DNA of 64,000 nt from contig JAYTHE010000026.1 in NCBI GenBank assembly GCA_043732705.1, forward strand, positions 12,136 to 76,135, written 5' to 3'. The position numbers were made by a program, and so were the translations under genes. Numbering within the stretch: the first letter of the stretch is position 1; every line of letters starts with the position of its first letter. Source of the stretch: Candidatus Omnitrophota bacterium (GTDB taxonomy: Bacteria > Omnitrophota > Omnitrophia > Omnitrophales > Aquincolibacteriaceae). Shown piece by piece: positions 1-8,796 of the stretch. The notes beneath the pieces were generated by a model. It saw only the letters and a program-made list of their open reading frames with translations, was not told the DNA's origin and made no database searches.

Positions 1-2
1 AT

Positions 3-1088
3 CTGACTGATGATGAACGGAATATGATTCCCCATAAATTATTTCCTGGTGCTCCGCCGGCGCAGCAAATTCAAGTTTATGAGAGGCGCTTTGGCCCGGA
101 GGACACTTTTCCGGTTTGGCTGAAAGTCGATACCGGTAATGTCGCGGCGGCTAACTCGCTGCCGAATCTTTTTAACAATCGCGCGACGAATGCGTTTCAA
201 ATGCGTGATTTTTTCTGGTGGGAGTTTGCCGTTGATTTTGGAATAATTCCGGACTGGCCTATCCCCTTGAAGTCGGATGGAACCTGCCTGGATAGTTCGA
301 ACCATGTTATTCGAGGATGGGAGTGCGTGAGTCCGCGGCGTAAAGGATTAAGGCCTCGAGCTGTGCCTGATTTCGCGGGTACCGTGCATAGCACCTTGGT
401 ATGGGATAATTTAGAGGGCGTGATGATGGATCACAATAGTGGCCGCGGCATTAAAGGTTATTTGCTTGCAGCACCGACTCAAGGCACCGGAAATTGTACG
501 CAAGTATGGGTTCCAGGCACTGAAACAATTCCGGGACATGTTGAGCTTATTCCTCCGGGATGCATTCAGTTTGGGGCATGGTCAGGTACTTTCGTAGAGA
601 TGCCGATTCGACATTCGTATTTGCTCGGAGTGGGTTTTTTGAATCGCTGTCCTACGGAAGCGCATCCATGTTATGACGATGAATACTGGCATGCGAGTTC
701 GCGCAAACCCTACATTCAATATTGGGATCCGTCCTATCAACTTAATATGGGTGAGCGCAGCACTCCTTATATCGTGCGTTACAGCGGGGGGATGGAAAAT
801 CTAATTAATTTTGATGCTAATTGGAGTTATCGAACCGGTGAAAACCCTGACCATAGTCCCATTATGCATGAAAGCCATCTCTATTTTTCAGGAACTTTAA
901 CTGCGCCTTGGTCATCCAGCGAGTTAATTGGAACGGATGGGCCGGCATATTACCGTACAGATTATTACACTCCTCCGAAAAGAATTTTCGATTATGACGA
1001 AAGCCTTTCCACGGATCCGCCCCCGGCCGCACCTAATACATTTATGCTCAAGCGTTTAACGCGCACAACGGATCAGGGAAGCGCATAA
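3..1088 (+). CDS. C-terminal part of a large PilX-like/pilus-tip-type protein (5' truncated by the window edge)
   Basis: Frame is open back to the window start (LTDDERN-M). The C-terminal motifs GGMENLINF..NWS and YYTPPKRIFDYD..L...PPP resemble the end of large PilX-type proteins. The next gene is a pilin. Confidence 0.5.
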   Translation: MTDDERNMIPHKLFPGAPPAQQIQVYERRFGPEDTFPVWLKVDTGNVAAANSLPNLFNNRATNAFQMRDFFWWEFAVDFGIIPDWPIPLKSDGTCLDSSNHVIRGWECVSPRRKGLRPRAVPDFAGTVHSTLVWDNLEGVMMDHNSGRGIKGYLLAAPTQGTGNCTQVWVPGTETIPGHVELIPPGCIQFGAWSGTFVEMPIRHSYLLGVGFLNRCPTEAHPCYDDEYWHASSRKPYIQYWDPSYQLNMGERSTPYIVRYSGGMENLINFDANWSYRTGENPDHSPIMHESHLYFSGTLTAPWSSSELIGTDGPAYYRTDYYTPPKRIFDYDESLSTDPPPAAPNTFMLKRLTRTTDQGSA

Positions 1089-1089
1089 G

Positions 1090-1647
1090 ATGAGGATTTT
1101 TTCGCTGCGAATATTTCAAATCGACAGGGCGGGTAACACGCTGATGGAAGTGATTCTCGTCATGGTGATTTTTTCCATCGGTGCTGCGATTGGCGTGCCC
1201 AAAATGCAGCGCGTCTGGGATGTTCGAAAACTTGAACGTTCCGCAAGCTCTTTGGAATCTATCGCAAATGCGATTCGGATTTACGGAATTGAGAATAATG
1301 TTATTTCCTCAGCCGGGACCCCCGGCGTTTTTAATAACAATATTACTTCAAGGAGTTTTACCGACTTATTGACGGCACTCGAAACCAAAGGTCTTCTCAA
1401 TCAAGCTGATTTAACTCCGCATTTTTGTTATAGCTGGAAGGTTGTTCCATCAACCGATTCGAAAGGGGAGATAACGGGATTGGGTGAGATACAGTCTTCT
1501 GTGAAAGACAAAAACGGAGTTTGTAGTACGGATCCGGAAGAACAGGCGGTTTATAGAATCGATTTTACGAACGGACGCGGTTATGATCAAAAAATAATTG
1601 GAACCCAACCTCCCAAAACCAGATTGTCAAACAGCGATAATTTTTAA
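1090..1647 (+). CDS. Type IV pilin/pseudopilin-like protein
   Basis: Prepilin-like motif AG|NTLMEVILVMVIFSIGAAIGVP (Glu at +5, hydrophobic helix); C-terminal Cys pair. Confidence 0.8.
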   Translation: MRIFSLRIFQIDRAGNTLMEVILVMVIFSIGAAIGVPKMQRVWDVRKLERSASSLESIANAIRIYGIENNVISSAGTPGVFNNNITSRSFTDLLTALETKGLLNQADLTPHFCYSWKVVPSTDSKGEITGLGEIQSSVKDKNGVCSTDPEEQAVYRIDFTNGRGYDQKIIGTQPPKTRLSNSDNF

Positions 1648-1681
1648 ATCCTATAATTTATTAAAATTAATCTGATCAATC

Positions 1682-2395
1682 ATGAGAAAAATTGTCTTTT
1701 CCCTGCGTTCACCCAGTCCTTTTCAATCGCTTGTGGATGAGTATTTCTCAGAAGTGCAATTCGAAAAGCTTCCGGAAAATAATTCCGCGGTTCAAAACGC
1801 CGATCTTATTTTTATCGAGACTCATTTTTGCCAAACGGCAATGATTCAAAGAATTCGCGTGGCGCGGAATTTGAACCCAAAAATGCGTGTGTTTGGCTTG
1901 GGTGAATTCGAGTCCGCACCCCAGGATATTTTTGACGCAACGTTTCAGGCTTCCTGTCATCTTTTTGAATTCTCAAAAAAAATATCCGAGAAAATTCATT
2001 TGCCCGAATCGATTCGGCTGCTTGTCGCGGATGATGATCCCGATATTCTCGCGATGATTTGTGATTATTTTGAGGGGCGGCAGGCTCCGGTTTTTGAAGT
2101 TTTGCGTGCGGCAAACGGGCGTGAAGCTATGGGGTGGGTTCAGAAAAAACGTCCTGACGCGATGATTCTCGATGTTAAAATGCCGCTCATGACAGGCAGC
2201 GAGGTTTATTGCAAGCTTCAAAAGCAGAATGAAAAAATCCCGACCATTATTTTTTTTGACGCGATTTCCGCGGGTGATTTAGACGCGATTAAGAAGACGG
2301 GTTCGCCGGTGATTGTGGAGAAGGGATATCGCGACAGCTCGATGGCATATTTGATGGCGACCATCAAAAAACTTGTATATTTCGCGGACTGCTGA
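1682..2395 (+). CDS. Response regulator (degenerate N-terminal domain plus C-terminal receiver)
   Basis: LLVADDD...MILDVKMPLMTG receiver motifs; no DNA-binding output domain seen. Confidence 0.8.
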   Translation: MRKIVFSLRSPSPFQSLVDEYFSEVQFEKLPENNSAVQNADLIFIETHFCQTAMIQRIRVARNLNPKMRVFGLGEFESAPQDIFDATFQASCHLFEFSKKISEKIHLPESIRLLVADDDPDILAMICDYFEGRQAPVFEVLRAANGREAMGWVQKKRPDAMILDVKMPLMTGSEVYCKLQKQNEKIPTIIFFDAISAGDLDAIKKTGSPVIVEKGYRDSSMAYLMATIKKLVYFADC

Positions 2396-2450
2396 AAAAG
2401 TCCATTTATTAGCGCGAAAGCAGTTTCATAAGGTGTCTGGAGTCCAGCCC

Positions 2451-2591
2451 GTCATCGCGAGGAGCCCCGTAGGGCGACGTGGCGATCTGACGCTTTTTGT
2501 CATTCCCGCGAAGGCGGGAATCCAGACTGGATCCCCGATCAAGTCGGGGATGACACGGCGTGTCAGATTGCTTCGCTTTGCTCGCAATGAC
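2451..2591. repeat. Nested palindromic repeats: outer GTCATCGCGAG...CTCGCAATGAC element containing an inner ATTCCC-N8-GGGAAT doublet (2499-2554)
   Basis: Outer arms at 2451-2490 and 2561-2591 are imperfect inverted repeats. Inner element is GTCATTCCCGCGAAGGCGGGAATCCAG-a-CTGGATCCCCGATCAAGTCGGGGATGAC. Confidence 0.9.
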
Positions 2592-2645
2592 GTGATAATT
2601 AATAAGGACTCTTTGAGCAGCCCTTACCATTTCGGGAGAATATTT

Positions 2646-4595
2646 TTGAATTGTAGAAAAGTTTTTTATCGTAGTGCATGTTTTTGTCTTCTGTCTTTGG
2701 CTGTTAGTCTTTTGTTTCCGGCTTTTTGCCGGGCGCAGAATTTTGAATTCTCCAATGATGACAGAATTTTTATGCAAAAAATCGAGCGGCGCGCGCTCGA
2801 TTACTTTTTAAAAGAAGCTAGCCTTGAAAATGGGCTTGTGCGCGATTATGCTCCTAATCAAGCGGGCGAAGCCGACACTTCCCCCGCAACGATTGCCGCT
2901 TCGGGACTTGCTTTGAGTGCGTATGCCGTTGGAGTTGAGAATGGCTGGATTTTACGCGAGGAAGGTATGAATCGCACCAAACGAGCGTTGCGTTTTGCCT
3001 TGCAAGGCGTCGAGTCTGAGCATGGATTTTTTTACCACTTCGTCAGTTTTAGCTCTGGGAAGCGCATTTCACAATCCGAACTTTCCCCGATTGATACCGC
3101 GCTTTTTATCTCAGGAGCTTTATTTGCCGCGGAATATTATCAAGATCCGGAAATTTCGGCATTGGCTAGAAAATTATATGAACGCGTCGACTTTCCTTGG
3201 ATGCAAAACGGCGGGAAATTTTTTGCGTTATTTTGGACGCCTGAAAAAAAATTCAGCGACAAGCATTGGGATCATTACGATGAATCACTTTTGCTTTACG
3301 CGCTTGCGATCGGATCGCCGACGCACCCCATTGACGCAGACTCCTGGCATGCCTTGGCGCGTCCCGTGGGAAGTTATCAGTCTTACCATATGGTCGCGAT
3401 GCCGCCGCTTTTTACGCATCAGTATCCGCAAATCTGGCTTGATTTGCGTAACAAACAAGACGGTGTGATGAATTATTTCAATCATTCGGTTACAGCTTGT
3501 GAGGTGAACCGGGCTTTCGCGATGGATGAATCGGAGACTTATAAAACGTATGGTCCGGCCGCATGGGGAATTACCGCGAGCGACGGGCCGCATGGTTATA
3601 AAGCTTACGGAGCGCCGCCGGGCTGGGCGATTCACGATGGAACGCTTGCTCCAAGCGGGGCAGGAAGTTGTATGCCTTTTACGCCAAAAGAATCGCTTGC
3701 GGTTCTCCGGCACTTTGAATCCTACGGAAAAAAATTATGGGGGCGGTATGGTTTTGCTGATGCTTTGAACGACGATGAAAATTGGGTTTCACCGCGTGTG
3801 CTTGCGATTGATCAAGGCGCCATGATGCTCATGATTGAAAATGCAGCGAGCGGACTTTTATGGAAAACGACGAATCGCATTGCCGCATTCCAAAAGGCTT
3901 TTGAAAAAATTGGTTTTAAACCCGGCTCAAAAGAGTTGGCATGGGTTGATCCGCCTCATACGCGTGCCTTCTATGCAGCGGGCGGAATACAAGTCGATGG
4001 ATTTATGAAAGATTGGCCGGGCGGGATGGATGTGATTACGCTGGACAAAAGCTTTGCGGAGTTTGGCGACTTTCGCAAAGAGCATGACGCGCGCGCTAAA
4101 ATTCGCTTTGCTTGGGATGAAACCAATTTATATTTTGCCGCAGAAGTGGAAGATGACAGTATCGTGGCGCGCCAAAGCGGAACGCAGCTTTGGCGGGATG
4201 ATTTATTAGAAATGTATATTGACCCCCAGGGCGACGGACTTTATTGGGAAGATGAGCGTGATTTTCAAATTGGGTTTCGTCCGGTTCCCGGGAGTGATGG
4301 GGCCATGGTTTGGTCTTGGTTTCAAAAGGGTGAAGATCCGGTCCAAGCCGGTTGGGTTAAATCGCAAAGTTATAGCGATGCGCGCGGCTATGTCATCGAA
4401 GGCAGTATGCGTTGGGATCAGCTCGGTATTGTTCCGCGGCCGGGGCTTGAGGTCTCTTTAAGCCCGGCTTTGCATGATGTGGATGCTGACCATTCGCATC
4501 GCAAGTTACAATGGTTTTTCAGAAGCGAAGGAAAACTAAAAAAGTTTACACTGGGGAAAGTTATTTTGGAGGGACCGCATGGCGGAAAAAAATAG
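2646..4595 (+). CDS. Secreted glucoamylase-family (GH144-like beta-1,2-glucanase) protein with a C-terminal CBM9-like domain
   Basis: Motifs HGFFYHF, ELSPIDTALF, PLFTHQY, WGITASDGP, LWGRYGFADA, LAIDQG, then VDGFMKDW...FAWDETNLYFAAEVEDD. Start reassigned to TTG 2646 (GGGAG RBS, signal peptide) because the ORF-track N-terminus is translated repeat DNA. Confidence 0.85.
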   Translation: MNCRKVFYRSACFCLLSLAVSLLFPAFCRAQNFEFSNDDRIFMQKIERRALDYFLKEASLENGLVRDYAPNQAGEADTSPATIAASGLALSAYAVGVENGWILREEGMNRTKRALRFALQGVESEHGFFYHFVSFSSGKRISQSELSPIDTALFISGALFAAEYYQDPEISALARKLYERVDFPWMQNGGKFFALFWTPEKKFSDKHWDHYDESLLLYALAIGSPTHPIDADSWHALARPVGSYQSYHMVAMPPLFTHQYPQIWLDLRNKQDGVMNYFNHSVTACEVNRAFAMDESETYKTYGPAAWGITASDGPHGYKAYGAPPGWAIHDGTLAPSGAGSCMPFTPKESLAVLRHFESYGKKLWGRYGFADALNDDENWVSPRVLAIDQGAMMLMIENAASGLLWKTTNRIAAFQKAFEKIGFKPGSKELAWVDPPHTRAFYAAGGIQVDGFMKDWPGGMDVITLDKSFAEFGDFRKEHDARAKIRFAWDETNLYFAAEVEDDSIVARQSGTQLWRDDLLEMYIDPQGDGLYWEDERDFQIGFRPVPGSDGAMVWSWFQKGEDPVQAGWVKSQSYSDARGYVIEGSMRWDQLGIVPRPGLEVSLSPALHDVDADHSHRKLQWFFRSEGKLKKFTLGKVILEGPHGGKK

Positions 4596-5199
4596 TTCTG
4601 CTAAAAAGAAAGATCCAATAACCTCGATCAATGTAGGGCAAACCGTACGGTTTCTGCGCGAAAAGCAGCGGCTTACGGGCGCGGAACTGTGTAAGCGTTC
4701 CGGAGGGTTGGACCCCAAAACTTTGACTGCGGTAGAAAAAGGACGCATCCGTAACCCTTCGATTCAAACCCTTGAAGGTATCGCGCGCGGGTTGGGCGTG
4801 ACGATCAGCGCAATCTTTCGGCAGGCGGAATTAGGGAGCGAGAAGTTTTTTTTAAGAAGTTCACAAAAAGGGGTTTTCCACCTTCAGTTTGATCCCGGAG
4901 TTGAGTTGGTGTCGTTTACGCCCTTCACTCCCGGAATTTTTTGCGGAAAATTTATTATAGGCGGCCGCAAAACATTGGATCGTAACTTAATTCGTTTTGA
5001 CGGAACTGTTTTCGCCATGAGCTTGGTGGGGAATTTTCGCGTGAAGATGGAACAGCATGAGCTTGAAATCCGCGAAGGCGAGAATCTTTATTTTCGAGGC
5101 TCATTTGATTTTTCGTTTTATAACCCGAATTATCGCAATGCGGCTCTTTTAGTGGTTACCTCACCCTCTTTCTTGTCCGCAAGCGCAGCGGGGCATTAA
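4579..5199 (+). CDS. XRE-family HTH transcriptional regulator with cupin domain
   Basis: VRFLREKQRLT..EL...VEKG..NPSIQTL..IA..LGV HTH; C-terminal cupin-like segment (EIREGENLYF). Confidence 0.85.
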   Translation: MAEKNSSAKKKDPITSINVGQTVRFLREKQRLTGAELCKRSGGLDPKTLTAVEKGRIRNPSIQTLEGIARGLGVTISAIFRQAELGSEKFFLRSSQKGVFHLQFDPGVELVSFTPFTPGIFCGKFIIGGRKTLDRNLIRFDGTVFAMSLVGNFRVKMEQHELEIREGENLYFRGSFDFSFYNPNYRNAALLVVTSPSFLSASAAGH

Positions 5200-5348
5200 A
5201 ATCATAAAAACAAGCACAAAATACTGGTTTATGAGGGCATATTTATATAGACTAACCCACAATCATAATCAAATCACCCGGGTTAAGGTAAATTTGAGTT
5301 TTGCCGATAGTATTTTGAAAATGATTTTCCAACAAAAAATAAATCGAA

Positions 5349-7217
5349 ATGAATAAAATACTCATTGTTTTTTCAGGGGTTGTGTTGATGGGGATGGGTT
5401 TGCATGCTGCTCCCGCCACGGCGCAGGATTCTTCCAAGATTAAATGGACGATTGTGGACGGTTCCAATAGTCACCCTGCGGTTTCAACGGTTTCCGCTAA
5501 GGAAGAAAAGCCCTCAAAAAAAGAAAAACCCAAGAAGAAAGAAGAACCCCAGCCGTCTTCTCATAAACCTTCCTTCTGGTCCAAAAGGGCCGATAAGCCT
5601 AAAAATGTTGACCGCCAATCCGAGATGGCAAAAGCCATGCAGGGCGTTCAACCGTCCAATCCCGAAACGGCAAAAGCCGGGCATCCTGTTTCGCCGCAGA
5701 ATCTTTTTAAATCACCCGACGTCACTCAGGAATCAATTGAACTGATGTTTGCCCCATACCGAACTCAAAATAAGCAGGATTTTCTTTCACGTCAGGGCCA
5801 TGGACTGGCGGATGTCATTGAACGGTCGCAAATGGTGCATACCCAGGCACGCGCGGCTCAAGAAAGCATCGCTCTCGCCCAACGCCGCCTGCTTTTGGCA
5901 ATTCGGCAAATGTTCCCCGAACTGACATTTGAGTACCAGCACCGGGATGGTTCACTTTCTGCCGCAGAATACATCTCAAGAGGGGATAAATTTTCTATGC
6001 GTCAACCCCTTTTCAGAGGCGGAGTTTTATGGAATAGTTTCTTGCAGGAGCGCAAAATGTTGGAATCAGCGCGCAGCAACTATCAGAAAGTAATCGACGA
6101 TCTTGTTTTTGAGGTTTCAAAGGTTTACTTTGAATATCAGCGCGCCCGTGCGGTTGCGGATGATCAAGCCAAAACGATCGAAGCCGTGAAACCGCAAATT
6201 AAAATTTCGGAAGAAAAATTTAAAGAAAAAATCACATCAGAAATTGAGCATTTAAACGCGCAATCTTTGGAAGGTCAAATTGAGTTTGATCATGAAACTT
6301 CAAAGCAGGAACTCGAAATCGCGACGCTTGATTTGCAGCATTATCTGGGTTTGGGCATGAAAGACCCTTTAAATTTAAGGCCTGAGTATGATGTGGATAA
6401 AGTGATTGCAGGCATGCCGGAGGATGATTTAACGGCGGCAAAAATTGAAACTTCGTTGGGTTCGTTCAGTCATGGCCAACCCATTCCCGGGCTTGAGAAT
6501 TTGGTTGAGATGTCTTATGGCCACCGTGCCGAATTAGCGGTTCAAATTTCTCAGCTTCAGGCCGCACGTTACGGTGAGCGCGCGAAATGGGGCGGCTTTG
6601 TTCCTAAGGCTGATTTGCTTGTGGAATGGGGCGCGCTCGCGGAATCTTTTAAAGAGCTTTCCAATAACCCGGATCATCATGCTGAGTTTCGGGCAATGAT
6701 TGAGGTGGATTGGAACGCGATGGGTAATAAACTTGCTTATACCAATGAAATGGATCATCGCGCGCCTTCCGTGACGCAGTTCCAATCGGGCGCCGGCACG
6801 ATTACCAACCGTCAGTCTTTTTCGGTCGGGCTTTTGAACGGCTTAGATGGTTTTGTGGACGTGAAGCAAGCCGAAGTTGAAAAGCTGAATAAAGTTGTGG
6901 AGCTTGAGCAGTCCGAAAAGAAAGTTTTGGAAGAAGTCAAGCGGGCTTATTACGATTACCAGAAAGCGTTGATTCAAATGAAATCCGCGATGAAACGCGT
7001 GCAATGGCGCCGCAGATTGCGTGACCTCGCGCAGCATCGCCTCGAACAAAAAGAAGTCGAGATCTCGGAGTATCTTCAATCCGAAATTGATCTTTTAAGA
7101 GAGCGCGGAGAATTTCATACGGCGCTGAAAGACTATTACACGGCGAAATCAAGTCTTAATTATGCCGTGGGTGTTCAAGAATTTTTAAATGAGCACAAAA
7201 CTTACGGAGCGAAGTGA
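5349..7217 (+). CDS. TolC-family outer membrane efflux protein with a long Lys/Pro-rich N-terminal extension
   Basis: Signal peptide, two helical OEP-like halves (RQPLFRGG; VKRAYYDY; LNYAVG), position upstream of MFP/RND genes. Confidence 0.85.
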   Translation: MNKILIVFSGVVLMGMGLHAAPATAQDSSKIKWTIVDGSNSHPAVSTVSAKEEKPSKKEKPKKKEEPQPSSHKPSFWSKRADKPKNVDRQSEMAKAMQGVQPSNPETAKAGHPVSPQNLFKSPDVTQESIELMFAPYRTQNKQDFLSRQGHGLADVIERSQMVHTQARAAQESIALAQRRLLLAIRQMFPELTFEYQHRDGSLSAAEYISRGDKFSMRQPLFRGGVLWNSFLQERKMLESARSNYQKVIDDLVFEVSKVYFEYQRARAVADDQAKTIEAVKPQIKISEEKFKEKITSEIEHLNAQSLEGQIEFDHETSKQELEIATLDLQHYLGLGMKDPLNLRPEYDVDKVIAGMPEDDLTAAKIETSLGSFSHGQPIPGLENLVEMSYGHRAELAVQISQLQAARYGERAKWGGFVPKADLLVEWGALAESFKELSNNPDHHAEFRAMIEVDWNAMGNKLAYTNEMDHRAPSVTQFQSGAGTITNRQSFSVGLLNGLDGFVDVKQAEVEKLNKVVELEQSEKKVLEEVKRAYYDYQKALIQMKSAMKRVQWRRRLRDLAQHRLEQKEVEISEYLQSEIDLLRERGEFHTALKDYYTAKSSLNYAVGVQEFLNEHKTYGAK

Positions 7218-7440
7218 GCGTAAGTTTAGCGTGCGAATTTATCCCAAACGTGTAGCTTTGAAGGTTCGGGATAAAGAAGAAATTGCGGAAGCAATTTTCA
7301 AATAAATGAGCAAAAAACTTCCGGAGTGAAGTAGGCACAGGTTTTTCGTGCGCCTGCTGGCGGAAATTTAAAATAATTCCGGACGCATAGCTATGATAGT
7401 CCGGGACAGAGAAGAAGTTGCGAAAGCAAGTTTCGACACA
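7187..7440. repeat. Two tandem degenerate copies (7187-7303, 7304-7440) of a three-hairpin repeat
   Basis: Both copies start AAATGAGCA(C/A)AAAACTT and end GAAGAA(A/G)TTGCG(G/A)AAGCAA; internal stems are visible in both. Confidence 0.8.
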
Positions 7441-7450
7441 ATGGAGAAAA

Positions 7451-8698
7451 ATGGAAAATCCTAATTCAGAAGATCAAAAGCAACCGGTCGACCGCGGCTC
7501 AAAATTCAGTTTTTCTTTTCGTCCGCCGGAGGATGGTTCTCCGCGGCCCAAATTTCCCATTTCAAGAAAATGGGTGATTATCGGCGTTGCCGCTATTTTG
7601 TTGCTCTTGATCGGAAAAAATATTTTTTCACCAAAGGTAAAAAAACTTTCTTTGGCTGAAACGGTTAAAAAAGAACAGCAGGCCGCGGCTCAGGCAGCCG
7701 TTTCCGTCAAGGGTTTTAAATTAAGCCGTGTCAATTACGAGGACCCGCTTCAGGTTTTAGGTACCGTCAAGGGCGCGCAGGAAATCAAATTAAGCTTCGA
7801 GGTTCCCGGCTCGGTGAGCGCGATCAATTACCGCACCGGCGAAAAGTACGAAGAAGGCGCGCTGCTGATCTCTCTTAAGCAGGATGATATTTTATTGCGT
7901 TTGAAGCGCGCGCAAGCGGCTTGGAAAAAAGCGGAATCAGAAGTTGCCATCAAGAAGGATGAAGCCGCTGAGAATGAAAAGCTTTTCAAAATGGGCGCGA
8001 TTCCTCAATCGACTTTGGATAAAAAGAAAAATGAATTGGATGCCGCTCAGTATGAATCTGAGGCTCAACGTCTTGAAATGAAAGCTAATGAGTCGATGCT
8101 TGAGAAATCTAATTTGTACGCGCCGTCTTCCGGGATGCTCGGTAAGCTGAACGTTGAAGAAGGTGAAAATGTTTCTCAAAATACGCTTGTCGGCGAACAT
8201 ATCAACACGGAATATGTCTATGTCGAGGTTGGCATCGTTGAAAAAGACTTGAGCAAGGTTTCGTTGGGGCAAAAAGCCAAAGTTTTTATTGATGCTTACC
8301 CCGATAAGAATTTTGAAGGTGTCGTGGAAAACGTGTCGGGTGTGATTTCTGGCAATAGCCGTACCGCGACCGTCAAAGTCCGCATTGAAAACCCTGAAGG
8401 ATTGCTGCGCCCGGGCATGTTCGCGCGCATTCGTATTTTGCTTTATAGCAAGGCCAATACACTCGCGATTCCCGCGGAAACAGTCCAGGGCAAGGAAGGC
8501 GATCAATTTGTTTATTTGATCGATGCAAAATTGAACGTTGTCAAGAAAACACCAATTACAATCGGATACACGCGCCCTGATTATGTTCAGATTGACGCCG
8601 GTTTGCAGGAAGGCGATGTGATCGCCATGAGCGGCTTTGAGAATCTTGAGGATGGTAAAGCGATCAAGCTTCTCGATACTCAACAAGCCGAAATGTAA
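7451..8698 (+). CDS. RND efflux periplasmic adaptor (membrane fusion protein)
   Basis: N-terminal TM, lipoyl/hairpin pattern (LSFEVPG...LYAPSSG), LRPGMFAR. Start moved to ATG 7451 after a GGAG RBS. Confidence 0.9.
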   Translation: MENPNSEDQKQPVDRGSKFSFSFRPPEDGSPRPKFPISRKWVIIGVAAILLLLIGKNIFSPKVKKLSLAETVKKEQQAAAQAAVSVKGFKLSRVNYEDPLQVLGTVKGAQEIKLSFEVPGSVSAINYRTGEKYEEGALLISLKQDDILLRLKRAQAAWKKAESEVAIKKDEAAENEKLFKMGAIPQSTLDKKKNELDAAQYESEAQRLEMKANESMLEKSNLYAPSSGMLGKLNVEEGENVSQNTLVGEHINTEYVYVEVGIVEKDLSKVSLGQKAKVFIDAYPDKNFEGVVENVSGVISGNSRTATVKVRIENPEGLLRPGMFARIRILLYSKANTLAIPAETVQGKEGDQFVYLIDAKLNVVKKTPITIGYTRPDYVQIDAGLQEGDVIAMSGFENLEDGKAIKLLDTQQAEM

Positions 8699-8700
8699 AT

Positions 8701-8791
8701 AATCCTAAACTCTAAATAAATTTCAAATTCCAATTTTGAGTGGTGTTACATCGAGTGACTGTATTTTTTTAGGATTTAGAACTTAGGATTT
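8701..8791. repeat. Inverted heptamer-like repeat arms (AATCCTA/AACTCTA ... TAGGATT/TAGAACT/TAGGATT)
   Basis: Intergenic; the left and right 7-mer arrays are approximate reverse complements. Confidence 0.55.
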
Positions 8792-8796
8792 AACAC

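Noticed and set aside
2373-2645. ORF-track N-terminal extension of the glucanase (VIARSP...VIPAKAGIQ...)
   Set aside because: It is translated repeat DNA; an RBS, TTG and signal peptide at 2646 give a better start.
7937-8686. 249-aa antisense ORF (representative of the many short overlapping ORFs in the track)
   Set aside because: It lies wholly opposite a well-supported gene and has no motifs; treated as a shadow ORF.
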